From Octopus vulgaris (lineage: Eukaryota), in contig OX597826.1 in assembly GCA_951406725.2 (NCBI GenBank), positions 68,696,001-68,760,000 of the forward strand: a stretch of DNA of 64,000 nt. The letters are read 5' to 3'. Both the position numbers and the translations under genes were made by a program. The number at the start of each line of letters is the position of its first letter. Positions within the stretch are counted from its first letter, which is position 1. The notes under the pieces are model-generated. The model saw nothing but the letters and a program-made list of their open reading frames with translations, was not told the DNA's origin and made no database searches. Positions 13,462 through 28,904 of the stretch are shown piece by piece.

Positions 13462-16400
13462 CACATTTATGTACGCATTATGCATGTATGTGTATTAGAA
13501 AAAAACTTTTGAAATTATGACAGAAAACAAATTGTCTCATAACGGATCAATATACGTGCAATCCTGTTCAATTGTCCGGCCATATCTGATTGAACCGTTC
13601 AGACTCCTCCTTACAGCGAGATAAATGAAAGCGTATCTTGTCATTTCTAAACCAAGCGCTTCATCGAGATTAACAGGGACAGGGTTCGTGGCACTGTTGA
13701 GTGCAGTAGGTACTTAGGTGCATACATAAGAATGAGAGGCGGCATTGAGAAGTGAGAGAGAGGAAAGGAAAGGAGGGAGAACCCGTGGGAGAAGAGACAA
13801 TAAATATATTCAACAGACCACAAATGGGTTTCTCTATCACCCTGAATATTGCATTCAGCATTTCTTTTCAGAATATATCAGCATTTCATTTTCAGGATGA
13901 GACTAGCTTCCAAAAACAACATGAATATAAATATAAGTAAATAAATGACATACTGTTATAGCCTTAATGAAGTAAGCAATGCAATTTTGATATTAACGCA
14001 TGAACGCTAATTTATCCATGCAATACCAATGATATAACTTCTGTTTCATGGTAATACTATTACAATATTGCATTAATTGCAGCATAATATGATTTTAATA
14101 TCACACAGATGACCTGGTAATGCTTGAGAAACGCATATTCAATAAAACTGTTTCCACCTATAATAACGCTGATAATTACAAAAATACGATAATATACAAC
14201 ACAATGGTTACTCTCTGAAGTAACAATTACGTTGTCATTGTAATAGCAACTGCGATATTGCTGTGAAGCCGTCACCTTACCAATGTTTATGCCAGTGTCA
14301 CTTAGACATCAAAGATCAATACTAAAAGTGCATAGAAAATTCCTATCTCTCATCAATACATATGTTCCGAATAATATTATATAATTATATTGTATTTGCA
14401 GGTCAGATTCCAATCAGTAGTCACTACTGCTGGGCGTTTTTGATTATGACAGCCATTAATATATAAATAATGTTAATATAAATATTATCTGTTTTAATTT
14501 ATAGTTTTGTTGTACTTAGAGATTTGATGATATTTTTATCAATATTTATGGACTGATGTACCAGATTGTTTCCGTATAATATCATTCTGTTGTGTCTGGG
14601 GAGAGGCATTTTCTTTTTGTGCCTTATTATGTAACACACTGACCGGTAAAATTTCCCCTTTTTTCTTATTTTTATTGTCCTAAAATTTTAACCAAATCCA
14701 AAAACGAAATATCAACTTCTGTCTTCTACGTGTTTCAAAGTGCGTCCTCAACATGGCTGTCGTCCACCTTGGACTGTGAGTATGCCGTGAAACCGCCTTG
14801 AAAGGTTTAATCCATAAAAATCAGCCCCAAGACTTGTTGTTTAAAGTCCGATGCTATCAGGTTGGCTCGCCTTTTTACCGAAGCACGAAGTTACAGTGAT
14901 GAAAACGAACCAATGAATTATGTTTATGATTTTATCAACATATCGTATTTTGAACCAATTAGAACGGTATATTTGATATATGGTTGCTTTGAGATAGGTG
15001 ATATTTTCAGGGGTGGGAGGGTCGGTTCTTTTATACAGTGTTTTGTTGAAGCACTCTAAGTTAGTATGCTGTTAAAATAATACGCATCGCCTCTGGATAT
15101 TTTCTTTGCTGTTGTATAGGAACTATTCCAGTGTAATTTTAATGCTTGGAAGGTTCCTTCAAGTCCTTGTCTGGGAAATAAAAATGAGGCTGAATGGTGA
15201 GACAAAATACATGCCCACTTAAACGATCTTGCAACCGAGACGATATCATTCATAAAACAATGTTTATCTTCATAAACAAGCACAATTTGGCATGGCAAAA
15301 AAACACGTACAAGAAGAGGATATATAATCACTCTTATACATTTAGATATGATTCAGAGTATTTTGACAAGATTGTACGAGTATATCTGGAATTTTGAATA
15401 AAGATCTATTATAGCATCAACTAGAAGTTTATTGAAGATCATAGCCTTTCAAATGATGAAATAAATGATGTGGTGCTACTCAGTAAATATAGATGCACCT
15501 CATACTCATGTATCTAACCACTCATAATCGCTATTCAAACATCAGATCAGATTAATTCGGACACAGTGAAAAGTATCTAGTTCGTAAGTGGCACATACCA
15601 CATTTTCCAAAATACATTCATTTAAGCACACACAGACAAGCACAAACATACGCACATGATGTTTATCTCTATAAAAAGCAAAACGTGGCATGACAAAAAG
15701 TAAGTACAAGCAGAGGTTATATAATCACTCTTATACATTTAGGCATGAATCAGTGGATTTCGACAAGATTGTAGGTAGATATATATATGTGTAAGCACCT
15801 TATAATTACTTTCTTAACTTTGTCTATATTTCTGTACTTCTTTTATTTTTCATACATTCAATATTTACATTTATTTATTTATCTATTTACTTATTTATTG
15901 GTTTCGCGGTTTGCCATGACTCTCTGTCGTTATCCGATTCCATTATTATGAATTTGAATCGGGAGCTGAGTCATAGGAAATCTTACAGTAGCTGATCACA
16001 CAACCGTAGACCCCCCCCCGCCTCTATGAAAGCGTTGCAGTTACTATCTCGATAGAACTTCGTGATCCTGACCGTTGATCTTCTAGGATTATACCACCCA
16101 GCATCAATGCACTTCCGGTTGAGCACTTCCGCTTCCTCTTCATAATCCATCATGCTCTAGTCCTCCGATTTTCTGGTATCCCTGTCAGGGCGGCTGAAGA
16201 GGTACTAGGACTTGCCAAAGGGAGGTCTTCACTCCGTGAAGCATTTCCAAAATGCCCGTATAACAGGACTGTTTTTTTTTTCTCTTATTTAATTAAGCTC
16301 CTTTAATCTTTTAATCTTATGTATTTTCAATATATGTAGATATCATTATAGATTTTGTGATTTTATTTTACTGTTAACAGGACATAAATCAATGCTACAC

Positions 16401-16810
16401 TATAGGACCTATCAAGCCTAAAGTAAAAAGAAATGGATTATATTTTCGAAGCTATCACTCTGGAAAACTTAGGACGAATAAAAAAAAAATGGTGTCTAAG
16501 TACCAAAATGAAAAACCTGTTGTTTGTATTATTTTGTAAACATATTTCTATTGCCAAACGAATAATCTTAACACCGTAATCCAAACTTTTATATAGCTTT
16601 TCAATTGTTGCTGTCGATGGACTACAGACATACGGAGGTACCAGTTTGAAGGGTTTGGCTGCACAAATTGACGTCAGTAATAAGTTTTAGGGTCTTGTAC
16701 CCATTATGTCGTTCTCGTTACCCGAACCGCAAACATCGGAGACGTAAACAAACAAAGGGTGGTCAAGAAGAGGAGTGGTAGAAAACACATAAAGAAAGAC
16801 CTACATAGCT

Positions 16811-17215
16811 CTCTTACTCTTTTACTTGTTTCAGTCATTTGACTGTGGCCATGCTGGAGCACCGCCTTTAATCGAGCAACTCGACCCCGGGACTTATTCT
16901 TTTGTAAGCCCAGTACTTATTCTATCGGTCTCTTTTGCGGAACCGCTAAGTAACCAGGACATAAACACACCAGTATCGGTTGTCAAGCAATGCTAGGGGG
17001 ACAAACACAGACACACAAACACACACACACGCATATATATATACATATATACGACGGGCTTCTTTCAGTTTCCGTCAAACAAATCCAATCACAAGGCATT
17101 GGTCGGCCCGAGGCTATAGTAGAAGACACTCGCCCAAGATGCCACGCAGTGGGACTGAACCCGTAACCATGTGGTTGGTTAGCAAGCTACTTACCACACA
17201 GCCACTCCTGCGCGT
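16811..17215 (-). mobile_element. SINE family B, full length
   Basis: Full match to the family B copy at 28905. TSD atagct at 16805-16810 and 17216-17221. Confidence 0.9.
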
Positions 17216-17523
17216 ATAGCTACATACATATGTATACGATTGACTTCTATACAAGACTTTGGTTCTAGCATTAGAGTGGAAGACACCTGTTTAAGATGTC
17301 ACACACAAAATCACGAGATTCCGAAGCGATTTCCCTAACTACACAATCATGTTTGCAACTATATATACATACATGCGTACACACGCCCAGACAAACATAC
17401 ATGCACACATGCAGTCAGACACACACACACATACACATCCATGTATGTGTTTGTATGTGTGTGGCTGTATATTTGTGTCTGCAACTCTCCTCCTACGACC
17501 TCTTGACAACCGGTATTAGGTTG

Positions 17524-17747
17524 AGCTGGTAGAAACGTTAGCGTGCCGGACGAAATGCTGAGCGGTATTTCGTCTGCCGCTACGTTCTGAGTTCAAATTC
17601 CGCCGAGGTCGACTTTGCCTTTCATCCTTTCGGGGTCGATAAATTAATTACCACTTACGCACTGGTGTCGATGTAATCGACTTAATACCTATGTCTGTCC
17701 TTGTTTGTCCCCTCTATGTTTAGCCCCTTGTGGGTAATAAAGAAATA
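17524..17747 (+). mobile_element. SINE family A monomer inserted in an older family B copy
   Basis: 12-bp TSD ggtattaggttg at 17512-17523 and 17748-17759. Flanks (cttgacaaccggt ... gcatggctgcagtccaatgact) are diverged family B sequence. Confidence 0.85.
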
Positions 17748-18003
17748 GGTATTAGGTTGGTATATTTACTTACTCGTAACTAGCGGTTCAGCAGAAGGAA
17801 CCGCTAGAATAAAATCCAGATGTTAATAGTAAATACTTCAGTTCCTTTGGTCGACTAAAACCCATAGCATGGCTGCAGTCCAATGACTCAAGGAAAAGGT
17901 TAAAGGCAAAATCAATTGACGGCTAATGGATTACCTCTTGGTATATATCTGGAAAATGTTCACCTCTGTCTTCGGAAAAGCCGAGCGTGGTAGGGCTCAC
18001 TTA

Positions 18004-18526
18004 CTGTAAATCCTCGAGTATAATCCTATTCGCCCCACCAAATTTTAAAGGTCAAAATCCCTAGAGCGTACTATATACGAGGTTAAAAATGAAAAATATT
18101 TTCTAAGCAATGCCCGAGTCTCTATTTGCTGCCCGGCAATGTTTATTCAGACGCATTTTGTGATGTGGGGCACGAAAATGCCTTAAGCTAAGCCTGAAAG
18201 CAATGAAGTCATAAAAGAAACATCCATAACTTGCAGTAAGCAACATTTATTAAAATAAAAGTATTCAGAACACAGAATAACATGTAACAAAAACAATTTC
18301 TAAACATATTTACATTCCCATATAACAGTTAAGAACATTACCATTATTGTATTACGCATGCGCGGAAGTGTTTGATCGACTAGGTGCTGCTGGCTTAATT
18401 ACACACGAGTCAAGTTAGAGAAGAGGTGGTGTATTATACACAAGGTTTAGGTTTTTCAGAAGTACAGCCCCCCAAAAAGCCAATACGTATTATACTCAAG
18501 GACGGACTATACTCGAGGATTTACCG
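18004..18526. mobile_element. non-autonomous Tc1/mariner-superfamily (Tc2/pogo-like) MITE
   Basis: TIRs CTGTAAATCCTCGAGTATAATCC and GGACTATACTCGAGGATTTACCG. TA on the left, CA (mutated TA) on the right. No ORF. Confidence 0.75.
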
Positions 18527-18813
18527 CATTTGAATACTTCTCACAGACTGTACTCAAGAAAATGCATCAAGTACACCTCATAAAATAAACACAAACACAC
18601 TAAAAAACACATTTGCAGAACGGGGTTTATCCATTGTTGCGAACAGTCCCTCAACTCAGAGTAGTAACAGGAAATATTCTGACAACTGTAACAAATGCTC
18701 GAATTCTACGTCGGTATTCACTCTATTACTTTTTGTTCGCGACACATAATAGGGTGGAGTGTCTGTGTGTTTCTTTGATTTTGTGATTATATATATATAA
18801 TCATACACACGCA

Positions 18814-18896
<83 letters not shown>

Positions 18897-18898
<2 letters not shown>

Positions 18899-19000
18899 GA
18901 CGGGCTTCTTTCAGCTTCTGTCTGCCAAATCCACTCACAAGGCTTTGGTCGGCCCGAGGCTATGGTAGAAGATACTTGCCCAAGATGCCACGCAGTGGGA
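18897..19000 (-). mobile_element. SINE family B fragment
   Basis: CGACGGGCTTCTTTCAG...CTTGCCCAAGATGCCACGCAGTGGGAC between TA repeats. Confidence 0.7.
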
Positions 19001-19290
19001 CATATATATATACATATATGAAAATACATTGAGCTTCTTGTTGTTAGAGCGGGACAAGCACCATTTTGTCATCAGCCAACGATCCAAGTGGATGTCAGTT
19101 AATAGGCGAATACCAAAATGGCATCCGGAAACACCGCTCTCATGTACAGAGCAGGATGTTAAATTTCAGTCACGTTCCTGCTCAAAAAAGCGTTTGAATA
19201 GCGCAAGAAAATATTTCATCGCAAAATGTCCTTTTATTTCCATTCCCTTTTAATTGAATGGCAAACATCATAAAAAGCAACATGAGATAT

Positions 19291-19693
19291 CTTTATTTGT
19301 TTCAGTCATTTGACTGCGGCCATGCTGGAGCACCGCCTTTAGTCGAGCAAATCGACCCCGGGACTTATTCTTTGTAAGCCCAGTACTTATTCTATCGGTC
19401 TCTTTTGCCGAACCGCTAAGTGACTGGGACGTAAACACACCAGCATCGGTTGTCAAGCAATGCTAGGGGGACAAACACAGACACACAAACATATACACAC
19501 ACACACATATATATATATATACATATATACGACAGGCTTCTTTCAGTTTCCGTCTACCAAATCCACTCACAAGGCATTGGTCGGCCCGGGGCTATAGCAG
19601 AAGACACTTGCCCAAGATGCCACGCTGTGGGACTGAACCCGGAACCATGTGGTTGGTTAGCAAGCTACTTACCACACAGCCACTCCTGCGCCT
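19291..19693 (-). mobile_element. SINE family B, full length
   Basis: Near-identical to 59918-60341 and 16811-17215. Confidence 0.9.
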
Positions 19694-20899
19694 ATATATG
19701 TTGCTTCTAATGCAACTTTGGTGAATAGCTACAAACAAATTCACGTAGGTTCACATATTTTAACAGACGCAGCATAAGATTCTTAGACATGAAGTTTAGA
19801 ATTGCAGAGACGTGCTTTCTCAATAAATATCTTCATAAATCTAACAGCAAGATTATATGATGAACTCAATTTTTGGTATATCGATAACCATAAATAATGT
19901 ATAAAGCATGATAATGCGTACTGTAACTATATTTCTATTTCATGGCGTCTTAAGGTTGATGTAGTTTGTGTTTCGTGTGGTACCGCGAGTCGCACTTACC
20001 TATCAGAGATCGTAGATAATGCAGCTGTTACCCGTCGGTGTGCACGGGTACAACCACAGTGCGCCGCTAATAATCATTAATACTGATCGTTCAAGTATTC
20101 TGATGTTCCTTGGGTTGAACTTTTAGCGAGTAAATATTTGATTTTTAATAGCTTTTCCAATAATGTGCTGGTAATGTTTGACAGCTGTTGTGTGACTCTC
20201 CGGCGTGTTACAATTCTTGTGTAATAGTATATAACTTCCCACCTGGTTACTACATATGCAATTAAGCATTCAAGACATTTTACAGTGCAATTTCTAACCT
20301 TCATTGGAATAAATTTACTTCAACCTGTTGAACATCCTTGGCTACAGTGATCAAGGTACGAGTATGTGCTTATTACACAAATCCAACCAAGTTCTGTCAT
20401 AGCTGAGACTGGACCTGCCTTGTGGTCACTACGGTAGGTTGAATTTAGGATAGGACCATTAAATCCTGCCGCTAAGAGTCTAAGGCGGAGATGTTTGTTG
20501 TCTCTATAGACACACAAATGGCTTTTTATAATAAGAACTGTACTTCCCAAACACATGATAGCAGGTTCAGTCCCACTGCATAGCACCTTTGACAACAGTC
20601 TTCTACTATAGCCGCAGCCGACAAAAATCATGTGTGTATAAGATCTTCAAAATCATATATATGAAATCTTCAAAGCAGTATGCTGGCCTGTCCGTAGTCC
20701 AATAAGTTAAAGATCGTAGTCCAATAGCTTAATATCTCCTACACGAGAGATGTCTGCACAAAGGTCGAGTAAGTTATATATTTTTTCGTAGGCACAGTTA
20801 GTGTACAATATGTACCTAGTTTAGTCGGATAGTTTTTAATGTAATATAAGCGGGAACTATTAAATGGAGTATGTTAAAGATCGGACCGGATATATCCAA

Positions 20900-21480
20900 A
20901 AAGACTGAAATGGTTATTGCCTCGGGAAGAGGATGCGTTTGAAGGTTTGTAAATTGTAGGATTTTATGAGTAGGTGGGTTGACAAAGTTTTACTCATGTA
21001 TCAAAATGCAGTTTGGCAATGTTCAGTTTTTAATCGTTTACTTAGACTACATCTAATGACCCAACTATTGTGCTTGGTGGAGGGGGTCTTTATATTTTGT
21101 ACATCACTTAATTGATACATTTTTCGATCCCAAGTCCTTTAGCCTCTAGACGAACTTTTAAAGCAAGGTAATGATGGTTCGCTTCTGTTCGTAAACGAGG
21201 CGGTGTGTTCTGTGTGTCGCTCCTTCAAAATGTCCTGTGTATAACCGATGTGCGTTTTAAGTCTGCCGTCAATGTCAGAGACATGGGTTGTGTGCTCTAT
21301 TACAATTTCGATTCGTCTATTGTCCAGTAGACAATAGGTAGTATATATGAAATTGCATTAGTTTTGGGGATTCCTTTTGGTAACTGCTTTATATTGACTA
21401 TCTATGTATATAGTTATACTATATTAGCCAATCGATTATATAGAACTTCCACTGTGTTCCTATTACAGATTTTGTCGTGT
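20900..21480 (-). mobile_element. degraded Penelope-like GIY-YIG endonuclease remnant
   Basis: Minus-strand peptide THIGYTQDILKER resembles the YIGxT motif, followed by RLEA and an IN-type C-terminal motif. Confidence 0.35.
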
Positions 21481-22380
21481 CTATGTATAGCAGGATCGTG
21501 AATGTAGATTCCAAAGTTAAAATGCATCTACCTATATTATGGACAACGTTTATACTAAACAGTGGGTTAAATCATGTGATTTTTCGAACGCCACCTTTGC
21601 TAATTCTAGTGAAATTTTACTGCAACATCAAAGTCCAAGCAACTGAGATTTGCATGTCACTGCTAAATACGAATGCGGATAAAATGCAAATAAACTGAAA
21701 CGTGCAAATAGATCAAAGAGCCATGGCACGCGCTCTGCTTCATCTGACAAATTATTTGTGACATTTGTCGGACAGATTCTAGAAAAAGCTTTCGGAATAG
21801 TACAAACAAGCGCCTTTATCTGCGTTGATATTTCATTCGCTGTAAACCCGTTGATTTATAAAACAGCAATCTATTATGTTGTCACCTTTATTCAGCTATC
21901 AATTTCATAAAACGTCATCTGAAGAAATAATATGAAATAAATGAAAACTTATTCCCTCCAAAATTGTTGTACATGGCAATATCTTAAATCTGGAGCAGAA
22001 GATAAAAAATATGTAACACCTAAATATTTCATCATTCATACCTAAGAATACATATGTATTTCAAATTAATGAACATTGTTACTTGCAAGTGTCTAGGGGG
22101 TAGTTAAGTAAGTATTAAAAATGCTAAATTTATTCCGTACTAATTCTGGATTGGACTAGACAGACATACGTGAGTGTGAGTGTTATGTATATGTATGTGA
22201 TTGTATATGCGTGTGAGTGTGTGCATGTGTGTGTTTGTGTGTGCGTTTCGGAGTGCACAAACTCACATGGATCTTCTGATACAGACACACAGTCATGTAT
22301 CCACATAAGCACTCACATATGTATGTATACATTCATATATACATGCATGCATATATGTATACGTATACATACATACATGC

Positions 22381-22535
<155 letters not shown>

Positions 22536-23029
22536 TAGATATACATAATACTATTATACAGAGACAGGGCGCGGAAGAGGAGGACAAATGATATATATAA
22601 TATATATAATATATGTATCCCTATGTATCATCAGATATTACCAACAGGGATATTTACTGATGTGTTTACAACTTTCTCCCATAGACAATAAATATAACAC
22701 AGCCCTTAAATGTTTAGTTACAAACGATAAGCTCCGGGTTCTGAAGGTCTGAATCATCGAAGTCAGATGAATACATGCATGTATATACATACATATATGC
22801 ACACGCGCGCACACACACACACACACGTATGCACGCACGTATAATGTTTCTGTTTGTGTGTGTGTGTGTGTGTAGTGGTGTGCAAGTGTGATCAAAAATG
22901 ATTCTGTATACGTGAGGTGTGAGTCATTTTTATGCTATCAAAGTCTTCAGGGCAGAACGTATATTAATGATAAACTCTGGCTATATAGGCTTCACTGATC
23001 TTTTAACCTCGCTGAACTACGTTTCCGCC

Positions 23030-24096
23030 ATCACCACCACCACCACCACCACCAACACCAACACCAACACCAACACCACCACACCACCACTACCAACAAG
23101 AAGAAAAACAACAACTCCAACACCACCAACCAGAAGAACAAGAACACCGTGGCCACTACCGCCACCGCCACCACCACCAACAACAACAACAGCACCATAG
23201 CCACCACCAACACCACCGCCACCATCACCTGAAACACTATCCATATCCCTAGCACCACCACCACCACCACCATCACCCCCAACCCCATCACTACCAACAC
23301 CACCACCAACACCACCAACACCACCACTACCAACAACAGTAAAAACACCAACACCAACACCACCGCTAACAACATGAACAACAACACCGTGGCCACTATC
23401 ACCACCACCATCACCACCAACAACAACAGCACCATATCCACCACCAACACCACCACCACCACCACCACCACCACCACCACCACCAACACCACCACTACCA
23501 ACACCAATACCACCATCACTAACAACAACAACACCACCACCACCAACAACAACAACAACAACACCATAGCCATCACCACCACCGCCACCATCTCCAGCAT
23601 TATCACCACTACCACCACCATCACAACTACCATGACCAGATCATCATCATCACCACAAGCATTATGATCATCACCATCACTACCACTACCACCCTTACCA
23701 CCACCACCCTTACCACCACCAACATTATCACCAGAATTGCAATTATCACTATTTCTCTTCCACCATCATCAGAAATATCTGCCACCATTTTCACAACTCC
23801 CGTTTAACACATGGCCACCGTCACCATCACAACCAATATACCACAACTAGTAGACTACAGCTACTACATCATCGACCTTCTGCACATCACCGCGCAGAAC
23901 AACATCACGAGACCACCACCACGAGAACACCATCTCGACCACATCGCTGCCCCCATCACTATCAGAGCGGAAACCCCACGCAAACGGCACAGCTGCAAGT
24001 ACCATAAACCCACCGTCTAAATCAGAAGAAGCATCTCCACCCTTGCCCACCCAAGCTATCACATGAAATCACTAGCGTTATGAACGCTACCACTAT

Positions 24097-24146
<50 letters not shown>

Positions 24147-24894
24147 AAACTACTACTACTACTAAAACTACTACCACTACTAAAACTACTACTACTACTA
24201 CCACCACCACCATCACAATCACCACCAAAACCATTACCATCAACACCACCATCACCACAACTACCACCACCACCACCACCACCTCCACCACTACTACCAC
24301 TCTACCACAACCATGACCACCATGATCACCACCACCACCACCACCATTACCATGACATCATAACATGACCTGTGTACTATCTCTATCATGCAGCTGCCAC
24401 CGCACCGCTACCACCACCACCACCATCACCACCACCACTAACTACCAGCACCACCGCCAAATACCACCATGCTGGGCTCACTGCAATGGGGAAATTGGTT
24501 GGACTGTCACGGCTGGAATGCATTTGATTATAGATCTGCTCAAACAGGGTTTGCCCGAGGTTGTGAAACAGCTACTAGAACTACCTGAACGTTCTTGCCA
24601 GCAAACTGCTACCACCACACCCACCACCACCACCACCACCTACCACCACACCCACCACCACCACCACCACCACCACCACCACCACCACCACCACCACCAC
24701 CACCACCACCACCACCACCACCACCACCACCACCATAATCATCGACGCCATCAACACTAACATCGTTAACATTGCCACCACCGCAACCACCACCATCACC
24801 ACTGCAATCACTGGCCACTATCATCAATACTACCACAACCATCCTCACCACCACAACAAACACAAGTACATCACAAGCAACCTATACTTCTACA

Positions 24895-24931
<37 letters not shown>

Positions 24932-25088
24932 TTACTACTTCTACTATTACTACTACTTCTACTACCACCACCAATACCACCACCATTACCACCACCATTA
25001 CCACCACCACTACCACCACCACTACCACCTCCACTACCACAACCACCACCACACGACAACGACGACAACAACCATACCACTACTACCG

Positions 25089-25122
<34 letters not shown>

Positions 25123-25199
25123 AACTACTAGTACTGCTACTACTACCACCACTACACCACCACCGCAAGCACTACAACTAGTACCACTACTACTACAAC

Positions 25200-25230
<31 letters not shown>

Positions 25231-25370
25231 TTCACCACATCCTTACCACTACCATCAAAAGTAAATAAAGAAATAAATGAATAATAATAATAATAATAAT
25301 GATGTTGATGATGATGATGATGATAATAATAATAAGAAGAAGAAGAAGAAGAAAAATAATAATAGTAATA

Positions 25371-25419
<49 letters not shown>

Positions 25420-25420
25420 C
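23030..25420. repeat. compound trinucleotide microsatellite field (ACC/AAC/ACT, then AAT/GAT/AAG)
   Basis: Directly visible; source of the poly-T/V/H/G ORFs in the track. Confidence 0.95.
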
Positions 25421-26489
25421 GTTATTAACCAAAAGAAAAACATGGAAAACGACAAGAAAAACAACATTATGGACAGTACAGGACAAAACAAATAATAATA
25501 ATAAACAGCGCTAAATCTTGCAAACACAACCATTACCCACGTCGCCACCATAACACTACCATTACCAGCAGGACGCTTCCACCATTACCATCACATTTAT
25601 CACCAATTTGCCACCATCAAAATCACAACTACTCCATAATGCCACAATTTTATACTAATACTACTCCATTACCAACTCATCGAAACCTTTACCAGCACCA
25701 AACTCCACCTGTATGTGTCCATCACCACCAGCATCACTATCAACAATATGCTGTAGCATATTCTACATCACTACCGCAATAAACACCACACCAGCTCACC
25801 TCGTTCAATGCCCACACTCATCGTACTTCGTCTCCACCGCTGTCATTACCGAGAGCAGCGCCACCATGTTGTTACTTACAATCACCACCCCGCCAGTGAC
25901 TAAACACCATTATATCAACAAGACCTCATATCCACCGTCATCTACATATACTAAAAACCGACTACTTCTGACACGTCATCGCCACCAACTCCACCACCAC
26001 CACCGCCAGCACCACAACGATCACCACCACCAACGACACCAACACTCACATGTCATCACAATAGTCACTTACCTATACCCCACAACTGCTACTCAACGTT
26101 CGACAATCTACGTGACTACATCCTCCCACCCTTACAACCGTTATTCACCCACACAACAACAACCACAGACCCAAAGGTACGGCCATACAGGACTCAGGTA
26201 GGAGACGACCCAATGAAATAGGTTGTTTACAGGTGCTACACACACTCATGTACAGTCATCTATGAATCATCAGAAATAGACTGTTAGATATATCCAATAG
26301 TTATCGATTAGTCACAACCATCGTTACTGATTGGTTGGTATTGTGTCCTGTACTTCGGTATGAATGCCGCTTTATCAATCCTTGTCTCCCTCTTTCTCTT
26401 TCTCTTTCTCTCTCATCTCTCCCTTCCTTCCTTCCTTCCTTCCCTCGTTTCCTTTCATCTTCCGGTTTATATGTGTGCATGTATGTATG

Positions 26490-26603
<114 letters not shown>

Positions 26604-26742
26604 GTGTGTGTGTGCATATATATATATATCTGAATTTCTATGTGTGTAGAAGAATATATTAATGAAGGAATTTCCAACTTGCTCTGAATTTCACGTTTCA
26701 TTGTTTACAACTTTTACAATTTTAGAATATGGATGTATATAT

Positions 26743-26783
<41 letters not shown>

Positions 26784-26804
26784 ATGTATGAATGTATATA
26801 TGTA

Positions 26805-26856
<52 letters not shown>

Positions 26857-27999
26857 GGTTATAGTAGGGAATATATATATACATATATAGCGTGTCTGCG
26901 TGTGTCTATACAATCACAGACACAGATATATATATATATATACAAACATATATCAGTTTCCTTATCGATGTCTCATTCAGTAAACATACCACCATCACAA
27001 CGACAACAGTCTCTCTATCCAACACGGTGACCACCACCATCACCACCCCCATCAGTAACCATCACTACAACTACGAAGGCGACTACGACAGCACCTCATC
27101 ACCACCACCAACAACAACAACAACTACACTATCATGACCACGGTCAGCAGGACCTCCACCACCACCACCACCACCACTACTATCATCACTAGTATCTCTG
27201 GTTTATCTCTTCCATCTCACATCTTTCCGCTTATCGAATCTCCAGCCCCTTCTCACTCTCACTCTCTCTCAAACATTCCCTTCCGCTGTCCCCGCCTCCC
27301 GCTCTATGTATCCACCACCAACATCACCACCGCACATACCTTTCCGCTCCCCCATCAGCTCCTGAACAACTAATCACTACCGTGACCAGCTGCCGTGTAC
27401 ATTTTGTTTCTATAGAAACCAAAACGGGAATGTTTAACATACCTTTAATAGGATCCGGAACCTAGCTACGATGACTAAACACCTTGCGCCCCCTATACAG
27501 GTTGTTGGCTGGTTGGGTGGCTGAAAGTTTCCATCTTGTTATTGTTTTTACCTGTTGTTCCGGTTGCTGCTGCTGCTGCCGCTGCTGCTGCTGCCGCTGC
27601 TGCTACGGCTCCTGTTGTTGTTGTTGTTATTGTTGCTGTTGTGCATGACGTCGTTGACTTTGAATGAAGTGAAGTTGTTTGCTTGCCTGCATATAAAACA
27701 AATATATAAACGCTAACAGACATACATACATACATACATACAAGCGCACATCACTATTTTTCTCCCTCTCCTTTATTATATGCATGCATGCATACACACG
27801 TGCACACACACACATGCATGCATACCTGCATTTTTCTTCATTCGTACATAGATGAACGAATAGATAGATACATAGGTGGAAAGACTTACACACACACACA
27901 CACACAACCTAATTAAACAAACAAAAAAAGCAGATATGTACATACAAATAAACACATATAAATTCATATCTTTCTACCTGTGTATCTGTCTGCCAGTCG

Positions 28000-28011
28000 A
28001 TCTATCTATCA

Positions 28012-28062
<51 letters not shown>

Positions 28063-28066
28063 AATG

Positions 28067-28116
<50 letters not shown>

Positions 28117-28330
28117 GCAATATATCTACCTATCTATCTATCTATCTATCTATCTATCTGTATGTATGTATGTATGTATGTCTATCTATGTATCTATATA
28201 TCTATCTATCAGTATGTCTATATACCTATTTATCTACCTGTCTGTCTCTTTATCTGTCTATCTATCTGTGTATCTACCTAACTCACTGTATGCCTAACTA
28301 TCTATATATCTACCTATCTTTCTGTATATG
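28000..28330. repeat. (CTAT)n/(GATA)n microsatellite
   Basis: Directly visible. Similar tracts at 3981-4052, 22447-22540, 30120-30490, 39180-39310 and 40825-41290. Confidence 0.95.
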
Positions 28331-28396
28331 TGTCTAGTTATCATTCTGTCTATGTGAGTATATATGTGTATATATGCATGTATATATTTACGTATG

Positions 28397-28473
<77 letters not shown>

Positions 28474-28904
28474 GCATATATATATATATATTGTATGTGT
28501 GTGTTTAGAAAGAGAAGAATGAACTATTTGCTGTCCAACATCACTCCATAAATCTCATAAGAAACGCGAAAACAAAACCCCACAAACATCTACCCTGCGA
28601 TCTGCAACGTTAGCAACCAGTCTGAAGACGCATATGAGCACAAAACAGACTACTCGACGGATTATATTTAGGCGGTGATATTATGAACAGCTATAACTGC
28701 AGTCTCTAAAAAGCTTTAATGGACTTACTGAATATTTATTTAAAAAAGATTTAACAAGCACACACACTCTTTAAGAATAACGTTAGAATAAACATTAACT
28801 AGCTGACGCATTAAGCTGAAGTGTATTGCAATCGTAAAGACAGTAGCAATAAGAGGAAGCATATGATGAACTGCCTAGTAAGTAATGTTTGTTAAGGTAG
28901 TTAT

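Noticed and set aside
20000-20420. Protein-like minus-strand stretch with ORF 20077-20304
   Set aside because: Stops in all frames and no family recognised; needs BLASTX.
21742-21776. Hairpin TCTGACAAAT..ATTTGTCGGA as a pre-miRNA
   Set aside because: The stem is too short for a miRNA precursor and I recognise no mature sequence.
23017-25551. Long poly-V/T/H/G ORFs resembling mucins or His-rich proteins
   Set aside because: Open on both strands only because the trinucleotide repeats lack stops; no splice or homology support.
28618-28662. CUGAAGA..CAAAAC hammerhead-like motif
   Set aside because: The GAAA box is absent.
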